64,000 nucleotides of DNA from Bacillota bacterium (GCA_015059285.1 SVAS01000001.1:327291-391290); one strand, 5' to 3'. Numbered from the stretch's first letter, positions 38,575 through 49,702 are shown. Notes: generated by a model not told the origin, from the letters alone. A program made the numbers and translations.

Positions 38575-39512
38575 TATAACATATCTCTCTTTCTTAAGAT
38601 AAATGCAATGATGATAGCTACAACTAAAGATATACCAGCTAAAATGACAAATGCGTATGGATTATTAGCAAGTGGTCCTAAAGGGACATTCATACCCATA
38701 AAAGAAGAAATCATAGTTGGAATAGAACAAACAATTGTAATACTTGCTAAAAATTTCATTACCTCGTTTAGATTGTTTGAAATAATTGAAGCATAAGTAT
38801 CAGTCAAACTGCTAGTAATTTCCCTAAAAATATTTGCAGTTTCTATCCCTTGTTTATTTTCAATTATAGCATCTTCTAGTAAATCACGATCTTCTTCATA
38901 TAAGTTAATGACATTTCCTCTAGATAATTTTTCTAAAATCATATCATTTGACTTTAAACTTGTTACAAAATAGACTAAACTCTTTTGAATATTCATTAAA
39001 CTAATTAATTCTTTATTGCTCGTTGATTTAATCAAAGTTTTTTCACGAGTTTCAATCTCTTTATTAATAATATTTAAGTATTTAACGTAAAGACCTGATA
39101 TTCTAAGTAACATTTGAATAACAAATCTAGTTTTTTTATATGTATATAAACTTTTTATTTTATTTTTCTTAATTTCATTTAACACTTCTACTTCTTTCGT
39201 TGAAATAGTTACCAAATATCCTTTATTTAAAATAATACCTAAAGGTAATGTATAGTATTTATTTTTTGCTTTTCTATCTTCAACATAAGGAACGTCTATA
39301 ACAATTAAAGTAGCGTCCCCTTCGGTTTCAATACGAGGAAGTTCTTCAACGTCCAGTAGTTTTTCTAGTAAGCTTTTAGGTATTTTTGTTTTAGATTCTA
39401 CTTCTTCAATTTCATTGATATTAGGATTAATTAAATCAATCCAAGCATTGTTTTCATAAGCTTTAATATTCTCAATTTCGCCATTAATATTACTCTTATA
39501 TATCTTAATCAT
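38574..39512 (-). CDS. corA: CorA-family magnesium/cobalt transporter
   Basis: C-terminal two TM segments with the GMN motif (FMGMNVP). Start trimmed to MIKIYK after RBS AAAGGGGTGA. Confidence 0.85.
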   Translation of the reverse strand: MIKIYKSNINGEIENIKAYENNAWIDLINPNINEIEEVESKTKIPKSLLEKLLDVEELPRIETEGDATLIVIDVPYVEDRKAKNKYYTLPLGIILNKGYLVTISTKEVEVLNEIKKNKIKSLYTYKKTRFVIQMLLRISGLYVKYLNIINKEIETREKTLIKSTSNKELISLMNIQKSLVYFVTSLKSNDMILEKLSRGNVINLYEEDRDLLEDAIIENKQGIETANIFREITSSLTDTYASIISNNLNEVMKFLASITIVCSIPTMISSFMGMNVPLGPLANNPYAFVILAGISLVVAIIIAFILRKRDML

Positions 39513-39614
39513 AATATCACCCCTTTCATTATACAATAAAAGTGAGTATTTATATAGTTTTAATTTGCTAAAATTAAAAAAATCTGTTAAAATAGTCTAC
39601 CTAGAGGTGGTTTT

Positions 39615-40265
39615 ATGATAAAAATCAATTATAAAAAAGATAATACGTATGGTAATACCATGTACGAATTTTTAAATCAAGATTTAATTATGAAGTGGTT
39701 TACTGATCGTTCTGGAGATTTATATTGGGTTTTATTTGATAAAGCTATCTCTCATAACGATGAATATGATTTTAGAGTTCCTATTCAAAACTATAAATTT
39801 TATTCAATTATTGAAAGAATATATAATGATTTCAAAAATGGTAAAATATTTTATCAAACAGAAATAGATGCGGATTTAAAATATAATGCTGCTACTTTAA
39901 ATAGAAATCAGTATGTGAGAGAAGCTGTTCATGATATTTTTAATTCTAATACAGAAGAAGTTACTTGGGACAGTGATGAAGATATTAGAAATAAAACCAA
40001 TAGTCTTAAAATAATAAAAGAACATGATGCTTTTATATTGAGATTCACTGATGTCATTCATGGAAATTTAATTAGAGTATGTTTTAAAAAAAATAGAGGT
40101 CACTATGGACCTTGTAGTATGCCTTTTTTTAGAGCTTATGAGCATATGGATAAAATTAAAGATGCATACGATATATCTTTTGAAGAATATTTTAATAAAG
40201 TTAAACCAACGTTAGATAATCCAGTACCAGAAACAAAAACATATCTTAAAAAGAGCGAAAATTAA
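39615..40265 (+). CDS. Hypothetical cytoplasmic protein
   Basis: 216-aa ORF with RBS AGAGGTGG; no recognisable family. Confidence 0.5.
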   Translation: MIKINYKKDNTYGNTMYEFLNQDLIMKWFTDRSGDLYWVLFDKAISHNDEYDFRVPIQNYKFYSIIERIYNDFKNGKIFYQTEIDADLKYNAATLNRNQYVREAVHDIFNSNTEEVTWDSDEDIRNKTNSLKIIKEHDAFILRFTDVIHGNLIRVCFKKNRGHYGPCSMPFFRAYEHMDKIKDAYDISFEEYFNKVKPTLDNPVPETKTYLKKSEN

Positions 40266-40714
40266 TTTTCTCGCTCTTTTTTATTAGAAATAATGAGTTG
40301 TTCTAAAGTATCAAGAAATATTTTATTTATTTCTTTAGTTCTTTTTTTAAGCTTTTTAGTTTTAATATTTTGTTTTCTATTTAAAATATTTAAGTATCTT
40401 TGTTCTAATAAAGTATCAATATTTTTATTATCATATACTATACCGCTTGGACTTATTACTAAAGAGTTTTTAGACAAACCAATACAAGCTAGTCCATAAT
40501 CTGCTGTAATCAAAAGATCATTTGTTTTGATGAAATTACTTATAGCTATATCAACCATTTGATATCCTTCGCTAATATAATGAATTTCAGCATTAATTAT
40601 ATTAAGATTATGGTTATAATCACAAAAAAGATGACACTCAATATTATTTTTAAAAGCTATATTAGTAATACTTTCTAATGAAGGACAAGCATCCGCATCT
40701 ACAATTATTCGCAT
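40262..40714 (-). CDS. YaiI/YqxD-family protein (DUF188/UPF0178)
   Basis: N-terminal MRIIVDADACP motif characteristic of the family; 150 aa. Confidence 0.75.
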   Translation of the reverse strand: MRIIVDADACPSLESITNIAFKNNIECHLFCDYNHNLNIINAEIHYISEGYQMVDIAISNFIKTNDLLITADYGLACIGLSKNSLVISPSGIVYDNKNIDTLLEQRYLNILNRKQNIKTKKLKKRTKEINKIFLDTLEQLIISNKKEREN

Positions 40715-41946
40715 ATATTTTCTAAAATAGCTTTGGAAATAGCTGTAATATAATTATCCATGTTATTTTTTATATCTTGAGTATCTTTAGGATTAGTGAT
40801 ATAACCCAATTCTAAAATATAACTTTCAAGTCCAACGTTAGTATCATAATGTTTATTATAATCATCTTCTCTTCCATCGGTATAAGCACCAGTAATAATT
40901 CCGCCTGTTTCTCTAATAATGTAATAATAAGTAGTGTTAGTAGTTATATTATAAGAATCATAGCCTTCTTCTTCAGCGTCTTTAATAACATCGCTTATTT
41001 CATATTTTTGAAATGTTCTTGTGTAAATCCCCTTATCTACTTTAAAAATAGGATTATTTGAATAATTAGTATTAGTACTTATTACAATATTATCAACTAT
41101 AGACTTAGCTAAAGTATAATCAATATTATTAGTAGTATATATTTCTGTACCAGTTCTTGAAGATAAACCGCTATTTAAATGAAATGAAAATAAATATTTA
41201 GCTTTAGAACTCATAGCGCGATCAATACGACCATTATCTCCATATGTTTCAAACTTTTTACCCTTTTTATCACTATCATCACGAGTAAGTTTAACTTTTA
41301 AACCATTTTCTTCTAATTTTTCTTTAAGTTTTTTGCTTAAATCTAAAGTAAAATCTGTTTCACATATTCCTTTATAACAAGCTCCAGTATCAATACCACC
41401 ATGACCTGCATCAATTACAACATCATAAATCTCTTTTTTCTTTGAAGATTTAACTTCTATATTTAAAGTATCTTCTAATTCACTAATTAAAATATAATTA
41501 AATTTATTATCTTTTCTAATAGTATAATATTCTGTTTCAGAATATTTTGTATTATTTTTAAGCTTATAATAGGCGTTAGAATTATTTTCAAATGTAATTT
41601 TGATATAAACTTGATAATTACCTTTATCTAAATTATCTAAATAAATACCATTATTTTTTTTATCACTAATATAAAAATTAATTTGATTATTATCATTTTT
41701 ATAATTAAGGTTGTAAGTTTGCTCTATAGTATCAAATAAAACTAGTTCAATAGTATTAATATTTTGATTAATATTTAAAGATCCTTTTAAATTTAAATGA
41801 TTACCATAAATATATAATTCGTTAATGTCTGCTTTTATTTCTTCAAAATTAATATTTACTTTATCACTTTTAAAATAAAAGTATAATAAAATTATTAAAG
41901 CAATTAAAATAATTGGTAATAATATTTTAAATATTAGTTTTTTCAT
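40705..41946 (-). CDS. N-acetylmuramoyl-L-alanine amidase (Amidase_3 family) with N-terminal membrane anchor
   Basis: DVVIDAGHGGIDTGA zinc-binding motif and ..ELGYITN C-terminal motif. Start trimmed to MKKLIFK. Confidence 0.8.
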   Translation of the reverse strand: MKKLIFKILLPIILIALIILLYFYFKSDKVNINFEEIKADINELYIYGNHLNLKGSLNINQNINTIELVLFDTIEQTYNLNYKNDNNQINFYISDKKNNGIYLDNLDKGNYQVYIKITFENNSNAYYKLKNNTKYSETEYYTIRKDNKFNYILISELEDTLNIEVKSSKKKEIYDVVIDAGHGGIDTGACYKGICETDFTLDLSKKLKEKLEENGLKVKLTRDDSDKKGKKFETYGDNGRIDRAMSSKAKYLFSFHLNSGLSSRTGTEIYTTNNIDYTLAKSIVDNIVISTNTNYSNNPIFKVDKGIYTRTFQKYEISDVIKDAEEEGYDSYNITTNTTYYYIIRETGGIITGAYTDGREDDYNKHYDTNVGLESYILELGYITNPKDTQDIKNNMDNYITAISKAILENICE

Positions 41947-42565
41947 ATTGCTCTTCTCTACTCCTTTTTGAATAAATACAACCACAATAGTCTTGGCGAT
42001 ATAAATTATATTTTTTAGATAATTCTATTGATCTTTTATAACCATTTTTCTTTTTAAAATCAGCTCTTAAAAAATTAATATTATATTTTTCTTCTAAATA
42101 GGATCCAATTTCATTTAATTTATCGCTATTTTTATAAGGACTTACTGAAAGTGTTGTTGTAAAATAATCAAAATTATGTTCTTTAGAATATAAACAAGTC
42201 TTTTCCAAACGTAAGTTATAACATTTAAAACATCTAGGTCCGCCTTCTAATTCATTTGTTAATCCAACAACTATTTGTTCAAATTCATCATTATTATATT
42301 TTTCAATAATATAGTTTATAGGATTTTTAGTCTTAAGTTTTTTTATTAAATTAACTTGTTCTAAAGCTCTTTTTTCAAACTCCTCATAAGGACTTATATT
42401 GGGATTATAGTAATAGATAGTAATATTAAAGTAATTACTCAAATATTCTAAAACATAACTACTACAAGGAGCACAACAACTATGTAGTAAAAGGTTTGGT
42501 ATTTTATCATTTTTTACAATTTTTTCTAGTGTTTCATCTAATATAACTTGATAATTTGGTTTCAT
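41927..42565 (-). CDS. queH: Epoxyqueuosine reductase QueH (DUF208)
   Basis: LLHSCCAPCSSYVLEYL Cys motif and a second Cys cluster (CFKCY...CGC) typical of QueH. Confidence 0.8.
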   Translation of the reverse strand: MKPNYQVILDETLEKIVKNDKIPNLLLHSCCAPCSSYVLEYLSNYFNITIYYYNPNISPYEEFEKRALEQVNLIKKLKTKNPINYIIEKYNNDEFEQIVVGLTNELEGGPRCFKCYNLRLEKTCLYSKEHNFDYFTTTLSVSPYKNSDKLNEIGSYLEEKYNINFLRADFKKKNGYKRSIELSKKYNLYRQDYCGCIYSKRSREEQYEKTNI

Positions 42566-42596
42566 AAACTCACATCCTTTAAAAAAAGAAATACAA

Positions 42597-43517
42597 TTAT
42601 TTCTTTATAAAAAGCTTATTAATGTTTTTTTTAGGTAATAATATTTTTACATCATTAATTGTTTCAATATCATAAAACTTAGTAGTTTCTTCTAACTTTT
42701 CTCCATCAATACACCAAGCATTTTTAGGATAATCTTTAAAGATTATCTTAAGTTCACTAGCACGATGAAATTCAAATCCTTCCATAGATGTAATATTTCC
42801 CGCTGTAATATGATATAAAGAACGTAAAATATCTTTTTTCTTTGTTAACTTACAAAATAGTATTTCAAATTGATTATCATCTAATTTTACATCTTTATGA
42901 AAATTATTAAACCCAGCTATAGAATCAGCATTAGAAATTAACATAAAAGAATATTTTCCTTTATATGTTTTATCATTTACTTTATAAGTTAATTCATATA
43001 AAGGGGTTGAACTAATAAAGTTCTTAACTGCATGGAAAAAATAAGCCATTCTACCAAGCATTTTTTTGTTTTTTCTAGGAGTTTCATAAGGAACATTCAT
43101 AAATTTACCAAAACCAGCCGAATATACAAATGGTTTATTATTTATAGTACAAATATCAATACCTTTTACTTCCCCATTTAAAGCTAGGTTTAAATTATTG
43201 ATGATATTTTTATTATAACCGAACATTGCGCCTAAATCATTAGTAGTACCAACTGGAATGTGTGCAAGTAGTAATCTATCTTCTCTTTGTAAATTTCCGA
43301 TCATAACTTCATTAAAAGTTCCGTCTCCTCCAATGGATATAACCAAATCAGCACTATCTAATTCATAGACAATTTCACTAGCATGACCATGATATCTAGT
43401 AAAATAAATACTAGTTTCATATCCTGAATTTGCTAATGTTTTAACATATTCTTCTAAAAAACTTTTATCTAATTTTTTACCACTATTAGGATTAAAAATA
43501 ATTACACACTTTTTCAT
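42597..43517 (-). CDS. Diacylglycerol/lipid kinase family protein (DagK/YegS-like)
   Basis: MKKCVIIFNPNSGKK and GGDGTFNEV catalytic-domain motifs. Confidence 0.8.
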   Translation of the reverse strand: MKKCVIIFNPNSGKKLDKSFLEEYVKTLANSGYETSIYFTRYHGHASEIVYELDSADLVISIGGDGTFNEVMIGNLQREDRLLLAHIPVGTTNDLGAMFGYNKNIINNLNLALNGEVKGIDICTINNKPFVYSAGFGKFMNVPYETPRKNKKMLGRMAYFFHAVKNFISSTPLYELTYKVNDKTYKGKYSFMLISNADSIAGFNNFHKDVKLDDNQFEILFCKLTKKKDILRSLYHITAGNITSMEGFEFHRASELKIIFKDYPKNAWCIDGEKLEETTKFYDIETINDVKILLPKKNINKLFIKK

Positions 43518-43674
43518 ATAAACGCTCCTTTTTATATAATAAAGTATAGCACATATATAAAAAAATAACTAGTATTTTACTAATTATTTGCTATTTAAAA
43601 ATGGAAAAACTTTACTATGAATAGTAATAAATATTTTATATGTTTTATTGCGTTTTTTTAAAATTAAACATATA

Positions 43675-44901
43675 TCACCTCGTTAATTTGATATCTAAAT
43701 CATCTTTCTTTAAGATTTTTAAAAAACACTCTTGAAATTTTTTGTCATCTATGTTTGAATTTATAACAATATTTAAGTAATTATTATAAGAACATATAGT
43801 ACATTTAATTTTTTGCGTTTTAACAGGTTTAACTTTTACATATATATTATCAATATATTTTTGATATTGTTTATCAATATCTATTATTCCTAAATTTGAT
43901 AAAGTGGAAGTAGATGTTTTACAAAAGTTATTACCTAAATAATTCATAAATATCTTTTTAACATATAAAGGTATTAGTCTAATTATAACATTAGTACCTA
44001 AACAGATATCTCTATTAAGGTATTTTTGTATTTTGATTTTATTCAGTTTCTTTTTAAATTCTTGTTTTACTTGGTTTAAAACGTTATCAAAAGTTAAAGT
44101 AGTATTAGTTTTACAATTAATATTCATGCATACAAAAAAATTATTTAAAGTATCAATCTTAAAATATTTTCTCAAATTAATAGGTACTGCTATAACAATA
44201 TCTTTCTTAGAATTTATATTATACTTTGTTTTATATAATGCATAAATATAAGTAGTTATTAAATATTCTGAAACAGTGGTTTCATATTTTTTGCATATTT
44301 CTTTAATTTTATCAATTTTAATAATATAATGGTGTGTATTATTTATATTACTATTTATTTTGTCTGTTATTTGATATATTTTGTTATTCTTTAATTTGAA
44401 TTTAGTATTTTTTTTCTTATATTTTATAATATCAGGATTTTTATTAACAAACTTACTTTTTTCTATTTTTTTTAGTTTATATTTTAAATTTAAATAATTA
44501 TAAAGTAATTCCTTTACAAAATAAGTTGCTCCTATTCCATCTGTTAATACATGTAACATATCAATGTTAAGAATATTTTTATAATAAGTTATTTTAAATA
44601 AATAGTCGTTGTTTTCTTTTAAACTGATGCAGTTATTCCAATTATTATTATCTTGGTTTATTATTGGTACTTTTTTATTAAATTCTAAATAATTCCAAAA
44701 CATTCCTGTTCTTAACTTGACTTTAAAATCAGGATAAGTACTTAAAGTTTTATTAAGTGCTAAAGATAATATATATTTATTTACTTTTTGTTTTAAAATA
44801 ACAGTAAATCTAAATATATTGGTGTTTTTTTTATTACTTAATGAAAACAATTTAGCCATATTATCTAATTTTTGCCACTTGTTTTTTAGTATATCTTCCA
44901 T
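43675..44901 (-). CDS. HxxxD-type acyltransferase (condensation-domain / alcohol-acetyltransferase-like fold)
   Basis: Catalytic-motif-like HVLTDGIGA (HxxxDG) about 120 aa from the N-terminus; 408 aa; no closer assignment. Confidence 0.5.
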   Translation of the reverse strand: MEDILKNKWQKLDNMAKLFSLSNKKNTNIFRFTVILKQKVNKYILSLALNKTLSTYPDFKVKLRTGMFWNYLEFNKKVPIINQDNNNWNNCISLKENNDYLFKITYYKNILNIDMLHVLTDGIGATYFVKELLYNYLNLKYKLKKIEKSKFVNKNPDIIKYKKKNTKFKLKNNKIYQITDKINSNINNTHHYIIKIDKIKEICKKYETTVSEYLITTYIYALYKTKYNINSKKDIVIAVPINLRKYFKIDTLNNFFVCMNINCKTNTTLTFDNVLNQVKQEFKKKLNKIKIQKYLNRDICLGTNVIIRLIPLYVKKIFMNYLGNNFCKTSTSTLSNLGIIDIDKQYQKYIDNIYVKVKPVKTQKIKCTICSYNNYLNIVINSNIDDKKFQECFLKILKKDDLDIKLTR

Positions 44902-45002
44902 AAATCACCCATATTTATCAATATAATTATATTTGAAATTAGTGATATTATACTAAATTAATAAAAAGCTATTACTTACTAATAGCTTTTAAACTTTTAT
45001 AT

Positions 45003-45872
45003 TTATTTATGAAAGTATAATTTCACCTGTTCTTGTATATTTAATTCTAATTTTTCAATAGTACCATCCATATAAACTTTATTCATGTCATTTCTGACAC
45101 TTCTAGGAAAAATATTTGCCATATCGGCTTTATACAAATTACCATCTCTAGGTATTCTTGAATCAGTTACTATATACTTATCATCAATAAATTCCACAAT
45201 GAACTTATATGGTATAGAAGATCCGCTATCTTTTTTTAATTCATTATTTTCTAAATAATATTTTTCTTCTAAAACCCAAGCGTAAATTTCATAATGAAGA
45301 TTTTTCTTTTTTTCATTTAATAAGTAAATTCTAAAGCTTGCAAAACCTTTTTCATTTTTGTGATGCGTAGATTCACTATCCAACTTTTCACTTAAATAAT
45401 CATTTATAGCTATTTCAATTTCTTTTTCATGTAAATCTATAGCAGGTGTATAAGTATAACCCCAAGTACTAAATAATACAGGTTTATTATTTTTAATTCT
45501 ATTAATATCAACCAAAAATAAAGTAATAAAAATTATAAAACATAAAAGTATAAAACTAATAGTAGTTTTAAAAATTAATTTTATTTTATTAATCTTTTTT
45601 TCTGAATGTTTTATGGTGTTTAAAATATTTTCTTCAAATTTATCTTGGTAGTTTGTTTTGTTTAATTTTTCACCACTTAATAATTCATTAATTGTTATTT
45701 TTAATTCATCACATAATGGTTTTATTAATGATATATCTGGCATTCCACGGCCGTTTTCCCATTTGGAAATGGCACGATCAGTAACCCCTATTTTTTTAGC
45801 AAGCTCATCTTGGGTTAAATTTTGTTCTTTGCGAAGTTTAGCTATAAATTTTCCAATCTTATCTTGTTCCAT
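45003..45872 (-). CDS. Membrane-anchored XRE-family HTH regulator (paralog of the 972-1892 gene)
   Basis: N-terminal LTQDELAKKIGVTDRAISKWENG HTH aligns residue for residue with the 972-1892 product. One TM (ISFILLCFIIFITLFLV) plus an extracytoplasmic domain. Confidence 0.7.
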   Translation of the reverse strand: MEQDKIGKFIAKLRKEQNLTQDELAKKIGVTDRAISKWENGRGMPDISLIKPLCDELKITINELLSGEKLNKTNYQDKFEENILNTIKHSEKKINKIKLIFKTTISFILLCFIIFITLFLVDINRIKNNKPVLFSTWGYTYTPAIDLHEKEIEIAINDYLSEKLDSESTHHKNEKGFASFRIYLLNEKKKNLHYEIYAWVLEEKYYLENNELKKDSGSSIPYKFIVEFIDDKYIVTDSRIPRDGNLYKADMANIFPRSVRNDMNKVYMDGTIEKLELNIQEQVKLYFHK

Positions 45873-46001
45873 ATAATATTACTCCCTTCAAGAATAATTA
45901 TAATAGTAAAATAACTAAATTGCACCAAACGAATCGTAGAGTATTATGCTTTTAATTTGACAATATATAAAAAACTAGGTATATACCTAGTTATTATTTA
46001 T

Positions 46002-46047
46002 TGGTAGCGACGGAGAGATTCGAACTCACGACCTATCGGGTATGAAC
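46002..46047 (-). repeat. Displaced 3' half of a tRNA-Met(CAT) gene (anticodon loop to CCA). Left boundary of the integrated element; complementary to the 5' half at 52408-52445.
   Basis: Reverse complement GTTCATACCCGATAGGTCGTGAGTTCGAATCTCTCCGTCGCTACCA shows the anticodon-stem 3' side, T-arm, acceptor 3' strand and CCA. It pairs with the acceptor and anticodon-stem 5' strands of the truncated tRNA at 52396-52445. Confidence 0.65.
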
Positions 46048-46320
46048 TGTACTAAATGCTTTTTACATCCTTTTTTATGCTTTTATAACATTCATTTTTA
46101 TTGATGTAAAAATTATAATTTCCAAAAAACATTCAATAACTTTTAATATCTTTTCATAACTTTTATAAAAATATTGCCCCAAAAATTGCCACCACTTTAA
46201 TTATGCTTGAAATATTGTTTTATATTTATTTAAAAAATATACTTCCATTACTTCCATACTTCCACTAAATTATATCATATTTTGCTTATTTTTAATAAAA
46301 AAGATTAAACATTTTAGTAT

Positions 46321-46908
46321 TTAATCTTGGTTTTTAATAATTACTTGTAAAGTAGATATGAATTTTTGAGCTACTTCATAAGCATTTTTATATTTTTTAT
46401 TATTCTTATTAGTTTTTTTAGTAATAAATGTAATATATTCTTGTGGGCTTGATATTGAGTTTAAAACAACCTTTATTTGCAAATTAGTACAATAGTTATA
46501 TGTTATTGAACCACTGCTGTATGTTCTCTTAAATACTGCATTTTGTCTTGTCGCTGTATATGTTTGGTCTTTGTTATTTTCTACAATATCAGCTGAAACT
46601 ATATCTTTGAAATTATATTCATTATTATTTATAAGAACTTTCTTTTCAGTTTCATTTACATATAAATAAGCATTGTCATAACTTCCAATTTTTCGCCAAT
46701 TACCATTTGAATATTTAATATCAAGTGCTTTTATTTCTTTACTATCTACAACTTTATTATGTTTTTTTATATTTAAAACAAATAAAGCTACAACAATAAT
46801 CGTTGCTATACCAAAACCAACACTTTTTTCAGCAAAAGTCCCAGCACAAGTGAATATAAAAATTATTACTAATAATACATTTACAAACCAATAACCTAAT
46901 TTTTTCAT
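46321..46908 (-). CDS. Membrane-anchored hypothetical protein, cargo gene of the integrated element (possible exclusion/defence function)
   Basis: Two N-terminal TM segments, then a soluble domain; no family recognised. Confidence 0.5.
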   Translation of the reverse strand: MKKLGYWFVNVLLVIIFIFTCAGTFAEKSVGFGIATIIVVALFVLNIKKHNKVVDSKEIKALDIKYSNGNWRKIGSYDNAYLYVNETEKKVLINNNEYNFKDIVSADIVENNKDQTYTATRQNAVFKRTYSSGSITYNYCTNLQIKVVLNSISSPQEYITFITKKTNKNNKKYKNAYEVAQKFISTLQVIIKNQD

Positions 46909-47209
46909 ATTTAAACACCTCTTACAAATAAAAAAGGGACATTGTACTAACTGTCCCCGATACTACTATATCGGCTGACAATAAACTGCATACTACATCA
47001 TCTACCGATAATATACTGCATCGATTGATAGATTACTACATTTACTACATAATCAATCGATTTACTTCATCAAACAATAACAATAGACACTGCTGTTATC
47101 GTTTGACAATATAATTGTATCACAACTTTTGACAAAATGCAATACATTTTGCAATGCATACTTATTTTTATTTTTGCAATACTATAAATATGACTGGAGG
47201 TATTGCAAA

Positions 47210-47395
47210 ATGGCTTTTCAAATTAGACCAAATAGAAAAGAAACTGAAAATAAAACAATAAGATTTCCAATTAACTTGATAGAAAAAATAGAAGAGGCAA
47301 TCAAAGGAGAAGATGTATCATTTTCAAAATTTGTTATTCAAGCTTGTGAGTATGCTTTAACAAATATGAAGAAAGACAAAAAAGATAGCAAATAA
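47210..47395 (+). CDS. Small ribbon-helix-helix (CopG/Arc-like) DNA-binding protein
   Basis: Start trimmed to MAFQIRPNRKETENKTIRFPINLIEKIEEAIK after GGAGG. The beta-strand then helix pattern is typical of RHH proteins. Confidence 0.5.
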   Translation: MAFQIRPNRKETENKTIRFPINLIEKIEEAIKGEDVSFSKFVIQACEYALTNMKKDKKDSK

Positions 47396-47410
47396 CACTG
47401 CTATCTTCTT

Positions 47411-48658
47411 TTAATTATTAAATATATCACTCATTTTATTAGTCATAACATTTGAAAGTGTTTCTTTTGATTTATCAGTTGTTTTGATGTATATATTGCT
47501 TGTAGTACTTATATTAGAATGACCCAATGTTTTTGATATTGCATTTATTGGTTGTTTTTCTTCTAGTGATAAAGTGGCAAATGTATGCCTAAATGAATGT
47601 GGTGTATAATCTTTTAAATTATGTTTAGATGTAAATTTCTTTAACCAATGATGACAAGTACACGGGTTTATTGGCAAACCATTTTCTTGAGTAAATATTT
47701 TATCATTGTCTTTTATAAAACTATTTCCTTTTTCATCCTTTAACTCAATTTTATATTGCCATAAATCGCCCATAACACTTTTTAATTCGTTTTGTTCTAC
47801 TTGATGCATCTTTAATAATTCCAATACATCTTGACCGATATAAACTTCTCTTATTGAATTTTTAGTTTTTGGTGGTTTTTCAACCATACCTATTTTTGGT
47901 ATTCTTTGTATGGTTTTTGTTATCTTTGTTTTACCCGTTTTAAAGTTTATATCTTTCCATTCTAAAGCATTTATCTCGCCAATTCTTAACCCCGTATCTA
48001 AAGCAATTCTAACCATACATTGATATTTTAATTTTTCTTTTCCTAAATCTTGAGCTAAATATTTTAAATCGTTTTCATCTAAAAATACTATCTCTTTTTT
48101 TTCAGGTTTAGGAGTTGGAAAATTCTTTTTGTGTAAAGGGTTTTTAATAATGATTTCATCATCAACAGCACAATCTAAAATACTACAAAAAACATCGTGT
48201 ATATTCTTTAATGTCTTTTCACTTAAACCTTTATTACTATTATTTTTATTAGCACCTTTTTGTCTTAACTTTTCATAAAATCTAACAACCATTAAATCAG
48301 TTATTTCAACAAGTTTGTATTGACCGAACTCGCCAATCAATCTATTAACTGTATTTGAATAATCGGTATAAGTACTTGGAGCTAAACCCGATTGCTTTTT
48401 AATATATAGCCAATTTTCAGCATATTGCTTTAAAAATATACTTTTATTTGTTGTTTGATTGTTTTTTATTTCATTTTCAAATTTATAATTTTCTTCTTCT
48501 AAAAATTTTATAATTTTAGTATTACTTAAACCTAGTGGAACACGGACATCTCTTTTTGAATATTTTGTATTTCCGTTTTTCAATCTCCCGTTTGCCACTC
48601 TTAAAGTATATACTTTTTCGCCACTTTTTAGTGTTCTTTTTAATACTGGTTTTACCAT
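47411..48658 (-). CDS. int: Tyrosine-type site-specific integrase (phage integrase family)
   Basis: C-terminal catalytic region ..RIALDTGLRIGEI..HSFRHTFATLSLEEKQPINAISKTLGHSNISTTSNIYIK (R..H..R..Y); 415 aa. Confidence 0.88.
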   Translation of the reverse strand: MVKPVLKRTLKSGEKVYTLRVANGRLKNGNTKYSKRDVRVPLGLSNTKIIKFLEEENYKFENEIKNNQTTNKSIFLKQYAENWLYIKKQSGLAPSTYTDYSNTVNRLIGEFGQYKLVEITDLMVVRFYEKLRQKGANKNNSNKGLSEKTLKNIHDVFCSILDCAVDDEIIIKNPLHKKNFPTPKPEKKEIVFLDENDLKYLAQDLGKEKLKYQCMVRIALDTGLRIGEINALEWKDINFKTGKTKITKTIQRIPKIGMVEKPPKTKNSIREVYIGQDVLELLKMHQVEQNELKSVMGDLWQYKIELKDEKGNSFIKDNDKIFTQENGLPINPCTCHHWLKKFTSKHNLKDYTPHSFRHTFATLSLEEKQPINAISKTLGHSNISTTSNIYIKTTDKSKETLSNVMTNKMSDIFNN

Positions 48659-48786
48659 TTTTTTACCTCCTAATATAGATTTAATTTTAATTTAATGCTA
48701 TAATTGGAGTACATAAAAGAAATCTCGCCGAAAGTATTTTATGTACTCAAGACTTTACCATTGCCGTGGTATTGTCTTTTTTTATT

Positions 48787-49560
48787 CTATTTTTGAGAAT
48801 TTAACCATTTAATATAGTCATTTTTTGTAATCTTATTTTGATTAAATAAATCTACTTTTTTTGTATTTTCAATTTTAAATTTATTGAATTTTAATTCAGC
48901 ATCTTTTCGCTTTTCATCATCTTTTGTTCTTAATGCTTTATTTCTTAATGTATTATAAACTTGTTTATGAAGTTTAAAGATTTCATCATCTTTTATTTTT
49001 TGCTGATGCTGTATGTATTTATATGCTTGATTACATTGCATTGTCGTATATACTTCATCGTTTCTATAACAAAATTTTGTATCTTTGGTTGTTCTAGGAA
49101 TAAACCATTTTTTACAATTCTTACATCTTTTTACTATATAACCATATCTTGAAAAATGCAATATACATACTAAAGGGACATCGCTTATATCTTCTATTTC
49201 ATATATTGTAGTTGGCGAAGTTAAAGCCACTTTTTTTAGTTTGTTTGAATATTCTTTGATTTCTTTTTGAGTTGGTAGTTTTTCAAGTGTAGCATTTTCT
49301 AAATCGTTTGGAATAGGAAGTTCTATTCCTTTATTTATGTATTTAACATTATAGTTTTTAGCATACCAACTTAAATAAGCAACTACATTATTAAAATAAT
49401 CATCATTTGATTTGTTTAAATCATCTAAAACATTTAAAAATATATTTTGATGCTTACTTAAATGATTAAACACTTCAATATTTGCATCCATTCTAATATC
49501 TTTTTTACCATTTTCTTTAATAGTTATATCAAGATTTTTTCCCTCGATGTGTACTTCCAT
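48787..49560 (-). CDS. Hypothetical protein with Cys4 cluster (CKNCKKW..C..C), divergent from the cro/xis genes; candidate master repressor by position
   Basis: Divergent arrangement across a 140-bp intergenic region, as for stl/str of PICIs; no recognisable HTH. Confidence 0.4.
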   Translation of the reverse strand: MEVHIEGKNLDITIKENGKKDIRMDANIEVFNHLSKHQNIFLNVLDDLNKSNDDYFNNVVAYLSWYAKNYNVKYINKGIELPIPNDLENATLEKLPTQKEIKEYSNKLKKVALTSPTTIYEIEDISDVPLVCILHFSRYGYIVKRCKNCKKWFIPRTTKDTKFCYRNDEVYTTMQCNQAYKYIQHQQKIKDDEIFKLHKQVYNTLRNKALRTKDDEKRKDAELKFNKFKIENTKKVDLFNQNKITKNDYIKWLNSQK

Positions 49561-49702
49561 TTTATCAACTGCCTTTCGTTTGGTTGTTTACCTTAAAAAT
49601 AGATTTATATTTTAGTTATTGCAACAATGTTGTTGTTAACTAATATAAATTATATAATAGAAACAACTAGATGTCAATAGGTATATGAAAGGAAGTGTTA
49701 AA

